From: Diplonema japonicum | Lineage: Eukaryota > Protista > Euglenozoa: Diplonemea | DNA: 64,000 bases | Assembly: GCA_964019335.1 (NCBI GenBank) | Contig: OZ025678.1 | Span: forward strand, 496,001-560,000 | Direction of reading: 5' to 3' | Part shown: positions 1 through 12,680 of the stretch, one piece after another | How the letters are laid out: every line of letters begins with the position of its first letter | Position numbering within the stretch: the first letter of the stretch is position 1 | The notes under the pieces: generated by a model | What the model was told of the DNA's origin: nothing | The model's input: only the letters and a program-made list of their open reading frames with translations | The model's database searches: none | Made by a program: the position numbers and the translations under genes

Positions 1-107
1 CTTCATCGTAGCATCCATCACGGTGAATTTCCCCAGTTTCTTTTTTCCTTCCTGCTATCATGCTTTTCGGCTCGGTTTTTTTTTTTCTTTTCTTTTTTCC
101 GCTTTAG

Positions 108-153
108 ATGAGAACAAAGAGGAGGCGGCTCAAAGACCTCTTTTTTAACTCAT
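108..153. repeat. Short palindromic dispersed repeat (ATGAG...CTCAT); related copy at 37784-37833
   Basis: The arms atgagaacaaagagg and cctcttttttaactcat are imperfectly complementary. The 37784-37833 copy shares gatgagaacaa and taactcat. Confidence 0.45.
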
Positions 154-468
154 TTCTTTTTTTAGGTGGTGGGGATAACATGAAAATATAAGAAGAACAT
201 CAGATGTGTTGTTCGCTGTTGACCTCCTCGTCGGTCATCACCGGTAGCGCCCGAGTGGAAGAACATAATGCAGATGCTCAGGGTGACGAACAGGCAGCAA
301 ACTGCACGAGCGCAGAATCTTGGTTACCCGGGACGCACAGGCTGGGTTGAGCTGTACACCGCACGCATTAAGGACACGACGCGGAACGCAGAAGAAGCTA
401 CAACTCGGCCGCGGCGCGCCCCCTGTAATCAAGTAGACAGTTCTTGTGCAGGGCGCCGCCAACACCGG
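154..468 (-). mobile_element. SINE-like or truncated retroposon copy
   Basis: Closely matches 18192-18378. On the minus strand it ends in an A-rich tail (ccacctaaaaaaagaaatg). It is flanked by near-duplicate cctc..tttaactcat at 137-153 and 469-483, a candidate TSD. Confidence 0.6.
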
Positions 469-481
469 CCTCCTTTAACTC

Positions 482-518
<37 letters not shown>

Positions 519-703
519 TTTTGGATTACCAATTTCTACTTCCACCATAGTGTGTCAAATATTGCCCCCCTTCACTCTTCCCCGTTCTTTTATTCATTTG
601 TTGGTAGTTGTTTTTTTTTTCTTCTTTCCTTTCTTTTTAAAAAAAAAAAAAAAAAAGAAAATTATACCGGCAGAAGAAAAAACACGCAACACACAACTGA
701 AAC

Positions 704-994
704 ATGAAGTGCGGAGGTACAACTGATGCCAGGTCCCCTAGCGCTGATGAAAAGACCATGTTTGCAGGGTTGAAGGGTGCTGTTGAGGGTAAGGCCGGGA
801 GCACTTTTGAAAACTTTGAACCTGTTTCGCTCAAGTCCCAGGTAGTTGCCGGGACCAACTTCTTTGTAAAGTACAACGTTGGTCCTTCCTGCGTCCACGT
901 ACGCGTCCACCAGCCCCTTCCCGGACAGGGAGACCTTCAGGTAGTTGAAGTACAAACCGGCAAGGCGTCTGGTGACAGCATCGACTTCTTCTAA
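704..994 (+). CDS. Type 1 cystatin (stefin, cystatin A/B-like) cysteine protease inhibitor
   Basis: 96 aa, N-terminal CGG, QVVAG reactive-site motif, HVRVHQPLP, no signal peptide. Confidence 0.93.
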   Translation: MKCGGTTDARSPSADEKTMFAGLKGAVEGKAGSTFENFEPVSLKSQVVAGTNFFVKYNVGPSCVHVRVHQPLPGQGDLQVVEVQTGKASGDSIDFF

Positions 995-1283
995 GAAACC
1001 TATTTTTTTTTTTTTTTAAACCCAACGTTTTCAAAATTCAATTTGAGGAAAGAAATCTTTTTTTTTTTTTTTTTTTGCTCTTTCTTATCTCCTCTTCGCA
1101 AGAAGCCTTGGGTGTCGTTTTTTTTTTTTTTTTGTTATTGTTTTCTTACATGTTAAAGCGTTTGAAACAGAAAAAAAAAAGTTTCCCCCTTATTTTCTTT
1201 TTTTTAAGTTTTTTTTTTTTTTTTTTTACGTTTTACGCCTACACGCAAAGCCTCCCACTCCCCGCGCTCAGCATTTAGAAGAG

Positions 1284-2807
1284 ATGGCGTCAAAGAAGTT
1301 CACAGAAAAGGAGCAAGCGAGACGCTTCGATGAGATGTTCAAGAAGCCTGCGAACAAGGAGTGTTTCGACTGCACTGAAAGGGTATGGTGGGGGAATGAA
1401 AGAAAGCTATCATCCTTAACAGGGCCCTAGGTGGGCGTCGACGAATCTTGGGGTGTTCCTGTGCCTGAACTGCGCAGGGCAGCACAGGAAGCTCGGGGTG
1501 CACATCTCAAAGGTAAAGTCCGTGAACATGGACAAATGGGAGCCTAGCATGGTATGTCTATCCCTCCGTTGCTACCTCACTACAGGTAGCGTTCATCGAG
1601 CACGTTGGGAACGAGCGTGCCGTCGCGCTGTACCGTGCTAAGGCACCTGGAACCTACGAGAAGCCAAAAACAGGTTCCTCTTCGCGAGTTCTCGAGAAGA
1701 GCATCACCGACACTTATGTCATAAAGAGGTACGCTGTTGACGATCTCGATGAGCAGCTGGAGCACATCAAGTCGCTGGCCACCTCGGGTGCCAAACCTGG
1801 CAGCACCCCCACCGCGCCCCCTACACAACCTGCCCCTACCTCGGACCGCAAACGCGAACACTCACCCGAACAGGGTCCGTGGAAGTGCAGCAGGTGCACT
1901 TATCTCTCAGCACCCAGCGTCGCGAAGTGCACCATGTGCGAGACACCGGTATGATGTAAGGATCAACTGTATTAACGCACAGAGGGAGTCGCCGCAGGCT
2001 GGGATGTGGTCCTGCTCCCGGTGCACGTTCAGCAACACCGGCAGTTCGGCTGCTTGTAAGATGTGCGAGGCACCGAAGGGACAAGCTCCTCAACCACCCG
2101 CTTCGGCACCAGCTCCTACTCCTGCACCTGCTCCGGTGGCTCCTGCGCCAGTTCCTGTGGCAGCGCTTCCTACTCCAGCGCCTGTTGCGCCGGTCCGTGT
2201 CCAAGCAGCTCCGACTCCCGCCCCTGCCCCTGCCCCTGCCCCCGTGGCCGCTGCGCCCGCGACTGCTAACCTCATCGACCTCGACGGCCTCACCACCAGC
2301 AACGACCCATTCTCCTTCACCTCGGCCTCTGCCCCTGCCCCAGCGTCCACCGCCAAGTGCTCGATATTAGACGCGTTTGGGGCACCTGACGCCAACCAGG
2401 GCCCCCCTCCCATCGGCGGGGGCCCGCCGCCCATCGCAGGGAACGGGATGGGGATGAACAATGGCATGGGGATGAACAATGGCATGGGGATGGGAATGAA
2501 CAATGGAATGGGAATGAACAATGGGATGGGAATGAACAATGGCATGGGAATGAACAACGGCATGGGGATGGGAATGAACAATGGAATGGGGATGAACGGG
2601 GGTCCCCCGCCCATCCCGATGCAGGGAGGGAACGGGATGGGAATGAACAGGCAGGGGATGGGAATGAATAATGGGATGAACGCGGGAATGGGGATGGGTG
2701 GCCCTCCCCCTATCCAACAAAACATGCAGCCGCAAGGGGGCATACAAGGGAATGCTTTTGGGGCCCCTCCCATCATGCAGCAGCAGCCAAAAATGATGTT
2801 CAGATGA
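1284..2807 (+). CDS. ArfGAP-domain protein with two RanBP2-type zinc fingers and a Pro/Ala- and GMGMNN-rich tail (3 introns)
   Basis: Removing introns 1383-1422, 1552-1585 and 1949-1982 gives [46 protein letters not shown] (ArfGAP). It is followed by [13 protein letters not shown] and [13 protein letters not shown]. Confidence 0.92.
2443..2700 (+). repeat. Coding minisatellite (GMGMNN)n
   Basis: Tandem ggcatggggatgaacaat-type 18-24-nt units within the ArfGAP C-terminus. Confidence 0.9.
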
Positions 2808-3318
2808 TGCCCTTGCTTGTTAGAAGGTTGCCTTTCAGTTTCTGATTCTCCGTAAAGTGTAGCCTTTCGATGCTGATTCAAAAAAAAAAAGTGCCTTCAC
2901 CCCTGATTTCTTTGTGCTATTTGTTTGTTCTTCCTTCTTCCTTAGTAGTACTTTCCTTACTCTTTAATCCTACCTTTTGCCTGCGACAGCCCCCACATCC
3001 CCCCCCCCCCCCCCCCCCCGGTTCCAGAATAAAGTTTTTCTATGTTCAGGAAGGGGTTAAGATGATTAAGAGTCTTATTTTTCTTTTCTTTTTTTTAAAT
3101 GCCCTCCTTTATTTTCCCCGGGTGGTGTTACTCCCCCCCCCTTTTTTTCATTTCGGGGGAGACCAATACATTTTTTATTTTTCCTAATTTTTCTTCTGTG
3201 TTCTCTCATCCCCCACCCCCTACCAGTTTTTTTTGCTTCTTCCCCCTCCCATCCAAAAAAAACCCAAAACAATCCAAGCGATGGGGGTATGCGTCCCGAG
3301 TAGGACGAAATATGAACA

Positions 3319-6300
3319 ATGTGGTTGAGGCTACAAATTGTGTTGATTCTATTGCTGGCGTGGGGCCGGTTGTGCAGCAGCTGTGACGTCGACAGGGTGA
3401 CTGTAGATGTGTTGAAAACCCTTTACAACTCTTGCGGTGGGGAGAGTTGGGAGAGGCATGAAGGGTGGATGGGAGAGACCAGCGTCTGCACGTGGGAAGG
3501 CATCTCGTGCGCACCTTCAGGAGCGTGTGTTGTGGGCATAAGTTTACCAATGAACAACTTGACTGGAACTCTTCCTGCCTCGCTTGTGGATGGAATGATC
3601 GAGCTTCTCGACGTGAGCTCTAATAGCCTAACAGGGACTCTCCCTGAAACCTACGGCGAGCTCACCACTCTGAACACTCTCAATGTGAGAATGAACGGGC
3701 TGTCAGGTACCGTCCCGTCTTCGTTGTTTTCAAACCAATTCCTAAACATGCTCGACCTCAGCACAAACAGCTTTGATGGGTTCGGCGACTTCACCATCAG
3801 CGAGAACGGGACCACGCTGACATCGCTGAATCTAAGCTACAACAAGATAACGCAGATCCCCTCGTCTCTAGGCCTGCTCGACCTGTTGTCATCGCTGATT
3901 CTAGATGGGAATGATCTCCACTCTGCCACCATCCCTTCGCACATCTGCAGCCTCGACAATTTGCAGTTTCTGTCCATACAGCACTCCAGGCTTATCGGTA
4001 CCCTCCCTGATGATATTGGATCGCTGGGGTCGCTGCGGCACGGTATCCAGCTGCGCAATAACAGTATATCCGGGACCATCCCGAGGGGGATAGGTTTTTT
4101 GGCGTATCTTACTTATTTGGATGTGTCGCATAATAGGCTGTCGGGCAGTATCCCTAAAGAGGTTTCTGGCATGGCGTCCCTCAGGACTGTGCTCCTCACG
4201 AATAATTTTCTGACCGGTGGGATCCCTTATGAGCTCGGCACCCTCAGTCAGATGTACTATCTTGACCTGTCGCACAACCAGTTTCTCAGCATCCCTTCTT
4301 CGCTCGGGGGCATCGCGGCTTCCGACATTTTCCTCAACTACAACAACATCACCGGCACCATCCCCGAGAGCTTCTCCCAGCTGTTTAATGTTCGAAGCCT
4401 CTGCCTCAACAACAATTTTCTAGAGGGCACCATTCCCAACCTGAGCTCCCTCACTAAGCTACAGCATTTGTACTTGCAAGCGAATGTTTTGGGGGGCGGG
4501 TTCCCAGCTCTGCCCCCGAGTGTCACGATAGTTGACGTGAGCCAGAATAAACTAATATACTGGGGGTTTCCAATGGGCGACTGTAAAATGCTGCAGTCTC
4601 TGCTTGTTTTTGAGAATTCGATCACAGGTACCATTCCGGAGTCGGTGATGGCAATCCCCAGTTTGAAACTCCTTGACTTGCGAAACAATGAATTTGAAGG
4701 TACCATTCCTGCGGTTGTAAGTCAGCTAAAGCAGATCGGGTTGATCTACTTGGCCAGCAACCGTCTGTCAGGAACCATACCCGATCTGGGCAACATGACC
4801 TCTGCACCGAGGTTGACTGTAGACTTCCACAGCAACATGTTCTATGGTACCATCCCCGACTCGATCGAGAAGCTTACAAACCTGTTTTACCTTGACTTGA
4901 GCGAGAACAATCTGGAGGGGACCATCCCCGCTTGCCTGGGGACTATGCCGCAGCTGTACTATTTGGAACTCTCTTCAAACCGCTTCAGGGGCAACCTCCC
5001 TACTGGCCTCGGTTCCATGCGGTATCTCGGAGCGGCGGCAAACAACCTTGGAGGCACAGTGCCGCCGTCGATATTCTCGTCCACGATGTTGGAGTACCTA
5101 TCGTTGGAGGACAACAACTTGAATGGAGTGCTGCCGCCTGTTAGTGAAATGTCGGCACTGCAGTACATCAACCTAGGCAGGAACAGCCTGACGGGGTGTA
5201 TGCCGGGTGGCTTGAAAGCATCAGCGTTGCTTCTGCACTCGAACAAACTGCAAGGGTCTGTGCCTGTAAGCATCTCTGCCTCGGCATTGCTGTTGCACGA
5301 CAACCACCTGTCGTGTCCTCTTCCGAACATCTCAAGGACGCCCAATGTGTCGATCGTGTTGCCGGGGAATGAGTTTACACTCCCTCTGCCATCATGGATA
5401 GTTCTGCACGATGCTGCGCTGCTTGCCGTCTCGAGCAACCCGTGGCATGACTACACGTGGACGTGGGTTGCAGGGGGGCCTGCTATTATTATGGTACTTT
5501 GCTTGTTTTGGGTGGAAAAGAACAAGAAGCCTCTCGCTGTGATTGCAGGGGCCTTTGCGACGTGGTTCACATTGCTGCTGTTCACGACAGTAATCGCCTC
5601 CAAGAAATTTGAATGCGGGCGGATCATCCTGCGATTTTCGATTGCAGGCATCGACAGCAGTTCACACACAGTGCTCTTCATCGCCTTCCTCTTTACCGTC
5701 CATCTCTGTGTGGGCAGCGCACTTGTCTCGATCATCGTCACCTCTGCACCTGTCGTGCGGAAGAAGAAGCGGCGCCGTAAAAGGCGCAGCAAACTCCCCA
5801 ATATCACACCTTCAACAAAACCTTCGATTTACAGGAAGGTGTCCGCCTGTGTGATGTTTCTTTTCAGTGCTGTCTTGTTGTGTGTACCCAGCGCCTTGTA
5901 CAGCGCAAGCCATTCCCTTCCGCCCAACAATGTGCTCGGCTGGGGACCTGATTCGTTCTATTTTTCGTTTTTCTTTACCTCTGTGTTAACACCGTTTACC
6001 GTGCTAGTATGTGTAGCTGTCGTTGTGCCAAAGCTGTCTCGGGTTTTGCTGAAGTTCGGCTGGGGCACTGCAGACCCTCAGCGTCTGAACAGAACCGTGT
6101 GGGCCATCCGTGTGTTGGTGTCGTTCGGCATTCCTATTGCCGTGTTGTTGATATTAGATCAGGGCTGCGGCCAGATGTGGACCTCCCTGTGGTGTGGGTG
6201 CACAAACGCGGGACACTGCAAGAAGGTCCCGGAGGCGGAAAAAAACGTGACAAAAGTCATCGCAAAGGGATTAGCCCCGGTCTTAGAAGCCACAGTATGC

Positions 6301-7303
6301 ACCGCATAAAAAGGGAGGGACAATTCAAAAACAAAACTTACAGGCGAAGCGGCTCGACTATGCCCCCTTTTCGCACGGCTCCGTCATGCGCCTGGCAGAG
6401 AGCGCATCGCCTTGTTACACATCCCGCAAAAAGGGGGTCTGCACAAGGAGGATCATCGAGGTCCTGTCACCCCTCCTCCTTTCAAAGCTGGTGTGCAACT
6501 CAACTTGTCTTCTCAATCACAGCAGGTAATGGCGACCATCGTGCAGCCCATGTCGCTTGTGATCCAGGCGTACCCGTATAAGATGAAGTACGTGAAAAAG
6601 TTTCAAAAACTGATTGGCGGCCGCCAGCTAAGCGCAGCGACGCGCCTTGCTGAACTCGAGGGCAGACTGGTGTGTGCTCACATTTAAAAAGAAAAAAAGA
6701 AAAGAATAAATCGCACAGGTATGGGCCGGATGGTTGGGCTTTGCAGCGCCTCCCATTATGTGCGCGATGCTCATGGTAACGTGCACGCTGGCTGGGTTTC
6801 TGAAGAGGGTGCAGCTATGGCACAAGGTGACGTGGACCGACGTCTGCGCGGTCGACGCGTTGCCGCTCTTCACCATGTTAGTAGTGTGCTACATACAAGC
6901 GGTAGCCTTCTGGGTGGACAATGAATGGAAAGGCACAATACTAGTAGGTGTCTCGCCCATTCCAGCTGCAGTATCGTGGGCCCTTGCGAGAAAGTGGTGG
7001 AAGCAAAGAGTCGCCAACGATGAGGGCGTGGGCTCTCGACAGTCAAGCCCCGGGGCAGACACCTTGCAGCCTTCACGTCCTGCCGACCATGCCATGCTTG
7101 TTCCACAGTCTGATGCCCCTCAGTGGGATTTCTTGGGTGTGCCGTGTTATGGTATAACTTCTATTATGCCGGGGCAGGAGGAGGATATCGATAATGAACA
7201 GGACAGAAACGTATGTGTTGAGGAGCAGGAGGAAGAAGAGGAAGGGTTGGAGTACTCTGTGAGCGAAACGGCACTTCACTGTGGCAGCTTAAACGCCGAC
7301 TAG
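3319..7303 (+). CDS. Receptor-like protein: signal peptide, plant-type LRR ectodomain and multi-pass TM C-terminus (3 introns)
   Basis: Hydrophobic N-terminus, LRRNT cap (W..W...SVCTWEGISC) and about 20 LxxLDLSxNxLSGxIP repeats. Introns 6295-6343, 6491-6525 and 6670-6718 join ORFs 3319, 6412 and 6734 and add several hydrophobic helices. No kinase domain. Confidence 0.88.
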
Positions 7304-7399
7304 CGCCTGGAAATTTACTTTTTTATATATATATATATATATATTTCTTTTTTTTATAAAGTCCTTTTGCTGTTACTTTAAACAGGTTTTCTTTCGGAG

Positions 7400-7430
<31 letters not shown>

Positions 7431-7443
7431 AAGAAAAGAAAAA

Positions 7444-7548
7444 ATGCTTGTAGGTGACGTTGCACGTGTTGTCGTCTTTGCTGTTGCACTTCTCTTTGAA
7501 AGCGCCTCTGATGAGGCTCCCGCCAGCCCCAAGGCTGACATGTACTGA
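7444..7548 (+). CDS. Possible 34-aa hydrophobic micropeptide
   Basis: ATG-to-TGA ORF MLVGDVARVVVFAVALLFESASDEAPASPKADMY. It forms a GC-balanced island behind an A-rich leader and a T-rich..AG, like the neighbouring genes. Confidence 0.3.
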   Translation: MLVGDVARVVVFAVALLFESASDEAPASPKADMY

Positions 7549-8058
7549 AAAATACACACATTTTCTCTAGTCTTACGGCCCACCCTTTTTTTTTTTTTGC
7601 GAGTGTGAATCGGGCCACTTGTTGTTAAAAATGTTCCATACTACTTGTTCTATTGCTTTTTTTGAACAGAAATAGAAGAAATTAAATTATAGAAAAAGAA
7701 AAAAAAAAAACAGAATGAAAACCCCACTCCCCCCCTGAAGGAAAAATAGGTGTTTGCCAAGCACACCTCCCCCGTCCCCGTTGTACTCTTTTCTTTTTAT
7801 TCTTTGGGGGCAAAGATAATGGGGTAAAAAAAAAAAATAAAAAAAAAATTACGGATTCTAGGAGGTAGGGGGGTTTTTTTTTCCCACGAACCTTTTCAAA
7901 ATTTTTTATATACCTTCCCTTTTTTTTTTTTTTGGCTTGCACGCTCTCTATTTAGTCCGTGAGGAGCTGAAAGAAACTGAATTTTTACCCCTCTTCTTTT
8001 TTTTTTTACTATTACACTACCAAGAAATGCACCCCCCCCCCCCCCCCCTCCCCTTGTT

Positions 8059-8520
8059 ATGTTCGAAACCGCAAGGCATATAAAACTCACACAGGAGGAG
8101 GGAGAAGGGAGGAAGATGACCGATGTAGAAATGCGTGATGCCAGCGAAGAAGAAGAGGAGGAAGAGGAAGAGGAAGATGGAGAGATGAATGAGGTAGCCT
8201 TGCAGTGTGTGCTGAAAGACGATTTTGTCAATTTCTCTGTGCTTGTGGGCGTGGGGTTGGACCCTTCGTCGTGGGTGGACGAGAACGGGATGACTCTGGT
8301 CCACTGGGCAGCCTGCAATGGTAGTCCAAAGGTCTTGGCCTTTATGCTCAAGAGGGCACCCCACATGGCAGGCTTGCTAAACAAGTGGGGAGAGCCCCCT
8401 CGCAACCTCGCAGTCAGAAAGAACTTTCCCCGCATCGCGGAAATGTTCGACCAGCTGGCCCGAGGAGAGGAGGTCGTTGTTCCCCAGCAGCGGGTTTCCA
8501 GGACTATAACCATCAGCTAA
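8059..8520 (+). CDS. Small ankyrin-repeat protein with an acidic tract
   Basis: DENGMTLVHWAACNGSPKVLAFML and NKWGEPPRNLA ankyrin-type motifs. Confidence 0.8.
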   Translation: MFETARHIKLTQEEGEGRKMTDVEMRDASEEEEEEEEEEDGEMNEVALQCVLKDDFVNFSVLVGVGLDPSSWVDENGMTLVHWAACNGSPKVLAFMLKRAPHMAGLLNKWGEPPRNLAVRKNFPRIAEMFDQLARGEEVVVPQQRVSRTITIS

Positions 8521-8691
8521 AGGCACGCCCTTCAAGGCCCGCCGTTGGCCGGGGGGGAGGGGGTTACTTTTGTGGAATAAACACTCCGTGCCGGTGCACA
8601 AAGCAAGAACAAGTGCCTGATAGTTTTTTTTTTTGTTTTTACCTAGCAGCGCGGAAGAAGAATTGTTGGGTTATTACCACCAGTCCCCCCT

Positions 8692-11600
8692 ATGCATCAC
8701 AGGTCTCAGGGTGCCAAGATGATGGACAAAATGCGTGATACTCCTATCAAGGAGCTTGTGAACCTGCGGCAAAGCGCACCTTCTGCGCTTAAGAAAGCCG
8801 CCGATAACTCGACGCAGAGGTTCGTGACAGGAATGGGCGCCAGGAAGCCGAGTTGGTCAGTGCGAAAGGTGAGCAATCTAAAAGACTCTCAAAAGGGCGA
8901 ACGAGATGAGATGCCCAAAGACAGACGGGAGAAGCTGCAGGCAATTTTATTCGGGCCCGAGCATGACCACAGCCACCTGTCACGGTCCGAGACCTTCTTG
9001 GACACGCTTAAAAGGAAAGAGGCTGCGGAGCGCATCAAGAGTGACGATCCTGTCGAGGTGCTGTTCAGCTCTCCTCTTGCCCCCATGATCAACAGGAACG
9101 GCAAACGAGCTATTTGCGTGACGCGGAAGGCTGTCCACCTTCTTGAAAAGCTAGACAACAGCAACATCACCAACGCACGGCACGGCAACCACACAGTGCT
9201 CCACACCTTCACCCTCTCAAACCTCGTCTCCATCATCGAGTCGAAGAAGGACCCCAAGTCCGTGTGCCTCGACTTCCGGCCCTACTCTCACCAAGACGAC
9301 AAGCGGAAGCCTTTGATCTCTTCGCTCCCCGACGCAACGTACATCTTGTTCCCCTTCCCAGAGACATCTGGCTCTGACAAGGCGAAGTCGCTGAGCAGGA
9401 AGGACGAATTTGTTGCTGTCCTGTACTTCAGGTTTTCGCCGCCCTTTTCCGATGATAAACCGAAGGGGTGCTTGGTGGTCACAGACCTGCCAAGCTTGAG
9501 AACGGCCGACGACGCACAGCGTGCGATATCGCAGACGCTGCGGAAAGAGGCGTTGAACAAGAACGGCCCTGCTGCCATGGTGGAGCTCATGGATGCGGGG
9601 GGCGGCGACAAGCAGCAGGTCGCACAGAACAACGCGGTGGTGGAGTTGCTGAAGAATGAAGGCGACAAACGGATACTTGTGTCGCTGCTGGTCAGCATCT
9701 TGGGGAAGTCGGGTTCCGTGAAGTCAGACGTGCTCCTCGTCCTCACAGACTGCGCCATCTACTACAACGAAGCGCAGCAGCCAGAGAAGCTCATCCGCCG
9801 CGTGGAGCTGCAAGACATCGACCGCATTGTTCTGGAGGACAACTCCAAGCGGGACCTGAACAACAAACAATGGGACGTCCTCCTGCACATCGATCTTGCC
9901 AACGACAAGTCTAAAGACTTCCCCACCGACATGCTTTTCCGGTGTGAGAAGAAACACCAGCGGGAGCTGCTGGTGCGCTCTATCCAGTCTGCTTACCAGG
10001 ACCTTGTTATGGTGCCAATGTCGGTGCTGTTAGGTGCGAATATAAAAAAAGATAAAAAGGGGAAGCTCGATGCGTGGCTTCAGACACTTAGAGGAGGCGG
10101 GCGGCGGAAGCAGGCCATCGACAAGCGAACGGAGGAGTCTCTCAAATGGCTAATCTACTTGGTGCAGCACAAGATGTATGATTTTCTATCTGCCCTTGCA
10201 GACGTCATCCCACCCGATGACCTGCAGATCATGGGGAAGAGTTTGGTGTCGTTGTGCGGCTCTGCAGACCTGACCGAGAAGCTGCTCAGAGAGGTCGTCA
10301 ATGTTGAGATGGATTCCAGCACTGACACCACAACTATCTTCCGTGGCAGCACCCTGTCCACAGCCGTGCTTCGCGCGTACATAGGCGAAAGCGTCGACGA
10401 CTACCTGAAGCTGGTCCTGTCGCGACCTTTGCAGCAGTTCATGACACGGAACCCAAACATCGAGGTGCGGCGCGACTTCGTCGACGAACGGGAAGCGCGG
10501 CTGAACGCACCCAGCCTGTGGCTGTGGTGCGATCGGTTCTTCGACAGCATCACGAACGCGAACACCGTGGAGAGCATGCCGCACGAGATGCGCAAGGTGG
10601 TGGGGATCATATCCGAGGCGTGCAAGAAGCGCTCCCTTGACAGCAACCCGTACATCGGCGGGTACGTGATGCTGAGGGTCTTCTCACCTGCACTGACAAC
10701 ACCGCACACGCACAAATTGACTCACGAGGAGCCTGATCATAGGACAGTGGCAAAGCTCATGCTCGTTGCAAAGGTGCTGCAGCATGTCTCTAACAAGACG
10801 TTTGTGTCACAAGCAACGGACCCCACTTTCTATGCACATGTCAACTGGTGGTTGCGGAAGCAGTGCGGGAGCGACTCATATGACCAGCCCAGGACCTACA
10901 AGTTCCATGGTACCGACGAAGCGCAGCATGAGCGCACCACGTGGAAGGTATATATCAACATGCTGGTCAACAACCAGCTGACACTGCACGCGGAGGAGGA
11001 AGACGAGGAATTCCAAGATGTTGCGGAGATCGAGGCCAAAATAAGGGACCCTGGGTTCGCAGAGGGGTACGACACTAGGACACTGGGGGCAGCTGCGGGG
11101 CTGCACAATTTGCTAACAAAGTACGCGGAGCAACTTCTTTGCTTGTTGTGGGCAGAGACTGGTATGAAGAAGTATGCGTTGGACGAACTGGAGGCGAAGC
11201 TCGAACAGATGGAACAGGAAAGAATAATGGAAAGCGAGTCTTCACCCCACAGCGGGCAAACCCAGTACGGTTCAGGGAAGTTCTTATCCCCGCCAGCAGC
11301 GTTTGGAAGCCCGTTGTCAACACGCGGGTTCAACCCCCGTTCCCCATTGCACAGGGGGAAGCGTGAGGACTTCTACCAGAGACGATCATCAATGCCAATA
11401 CAAGCAGAAGCCTCTTCTGCAGAGCAAAGCCCAATGGCTAAGATGGCATCTCCGATGAACAGGGACCCAAGGTGTGTTAACCCCCTTTTTTTTTTACGAA
11501 GTAAACTCACAGTAAAGTCATGAACAAGTACCGGAGATCGTCCTTGGGTATGATGGCGGCTAGCCCTATGAGGATGTATGTTGTGTTCTTTTTGTTTTGT

Positions 11601-11828
11601 TTTGTTATGTTATACAGAAAACCTGCTTTGAAGTCTGCGTTCACGGAACAGTCACCACCGGATGAGGTGGCCACAATCCCCTTCGTAGGTAGCAGTAAGG
11701 AAGTAATGCGTGAGAAGCAGGAGTACGTGGAGTACCTCAGGGGGCTCCTCTCCTCGCGCGAGATGGAGGTATCAACGCTCGTGTGCGAGCGAGATCGTCT
11801 ACGGGAACTGGTTGGCACAGCGTCGTAA
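8692..11828 (+). CDS. Ras GTPase-activating protein (RasGAP domain) with N-terminal PH/TH1-like regions (2 introns)
   Basis: TTIFRGSTLST (arginine finger), GGYVMLRVFSPAL (FLR-motif variant) and LMLVAKVLQHVSN. Introns 11472-11512 and 11576-11617 join the ORF to ORF 11520-11828. The start may be 8719. Confidence 0.85.
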
Positions 11829-11996
11829 AAAAAAGAAGCAAAAAAAAAAAAGAATAATCCCCCCCCCACATAAAAATAGAATAGCAAAAAGTAAAAACAT
11901 GTTGATTTTGACAAATTCAATTCACTATTCCCTCCTCCATTTGTAGTTTTCTTCTTTTTTTTTTACCCCCCTTCTTTTTTTGACACAACCAAGTCC

Positions 11997-12569
11997 ATGT
12001 CACAGCAAGGTCCAGGGAGCATGTCGCAGGATGTCCGGCATGGGGTGTTGGTAAAGTATCAGTACGAAACAAGGTCGAATGGAGTCATGAACTATGTCGT
12101 GACGAAGGGGGGCAAGGTGATGTGGCAGCATCCTGTGAAGGCAGGGGTGGTGACGATCAACGCGTCGTCGGTGGAAGGTGGGAACTTAGGCGATGTGTGC
12201 GATCTATACCCGTCAGAGCAGAAGTTCGTTACCCAAGACGTTCCGTATAGCTGGGTGTCTTTCACCTTTAAAACATGTCGTGTGCGGCCTACCCACTACA
12301 AGCTCGGCCTAGCGTCGCCTCCCCCCCCCTCCTCCTGGCACCTTCACGGTTCAACAGACGGGATCAATTGGATCATCCTCAAAATTCACACCAACGACCC
12401 CTCCCTCGCAATTTGCACCGAAGACGATGCTGTCTGGAGTCTCACCCCAGTCCCTGCCGGTGCGTACCGCCACTTTCGCATCCTCCTCCAAAAGGAAGGG
12501 AGCCAGGCCTCGACCTCCGCCCTGTCCTTCTCTAGCTTCGAGGTCTACGGCGAGGTTTTTAAGGATTAG
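11997..12569 (+). CDS. F5/8 type C (discoidin/galactose-binding-like) domain protein
   Basis: SWVSFTF...RPTHYKL, SWHLHGSTDGINW, YRHFRI and FEVYG motifs. Confidence 0.8.
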   Translation: MSQQGPGSMSQDVRHGVLVKYQYETRSNGVMNYVVTKGGKVMWQHPVKAGVVTINASSVEGGNLGDVCDLYPSEQKFVTQDVPYSWVSFTFKTCRVRPTHYKLGLASPPPPSSWHLHGSTDGINWIILKIHTNDPSLAICTEDDAVWSLTPVPAGAYRHFRILLQKEGSQASTSALSFSSFEVYGEVFKD

Positions 12570-12680
12570 AAATAAAAAGAAACATTTTTTTTTTTTTTTT
12601 TTTTTACAAAAAGAATTACCCCGATAACAATTAGAAATGCTCTTACAAAGGTGTGGGGGAAAAGGACAAAAAAGAAAACC

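Noticed and set aside
7495-7552. CTGATGAG...GAAA hammerhead-like core
   Set aside because: Stems I-III cannot be formed; CTGATGA sits in a simple gcctc/gaggc hairpin.
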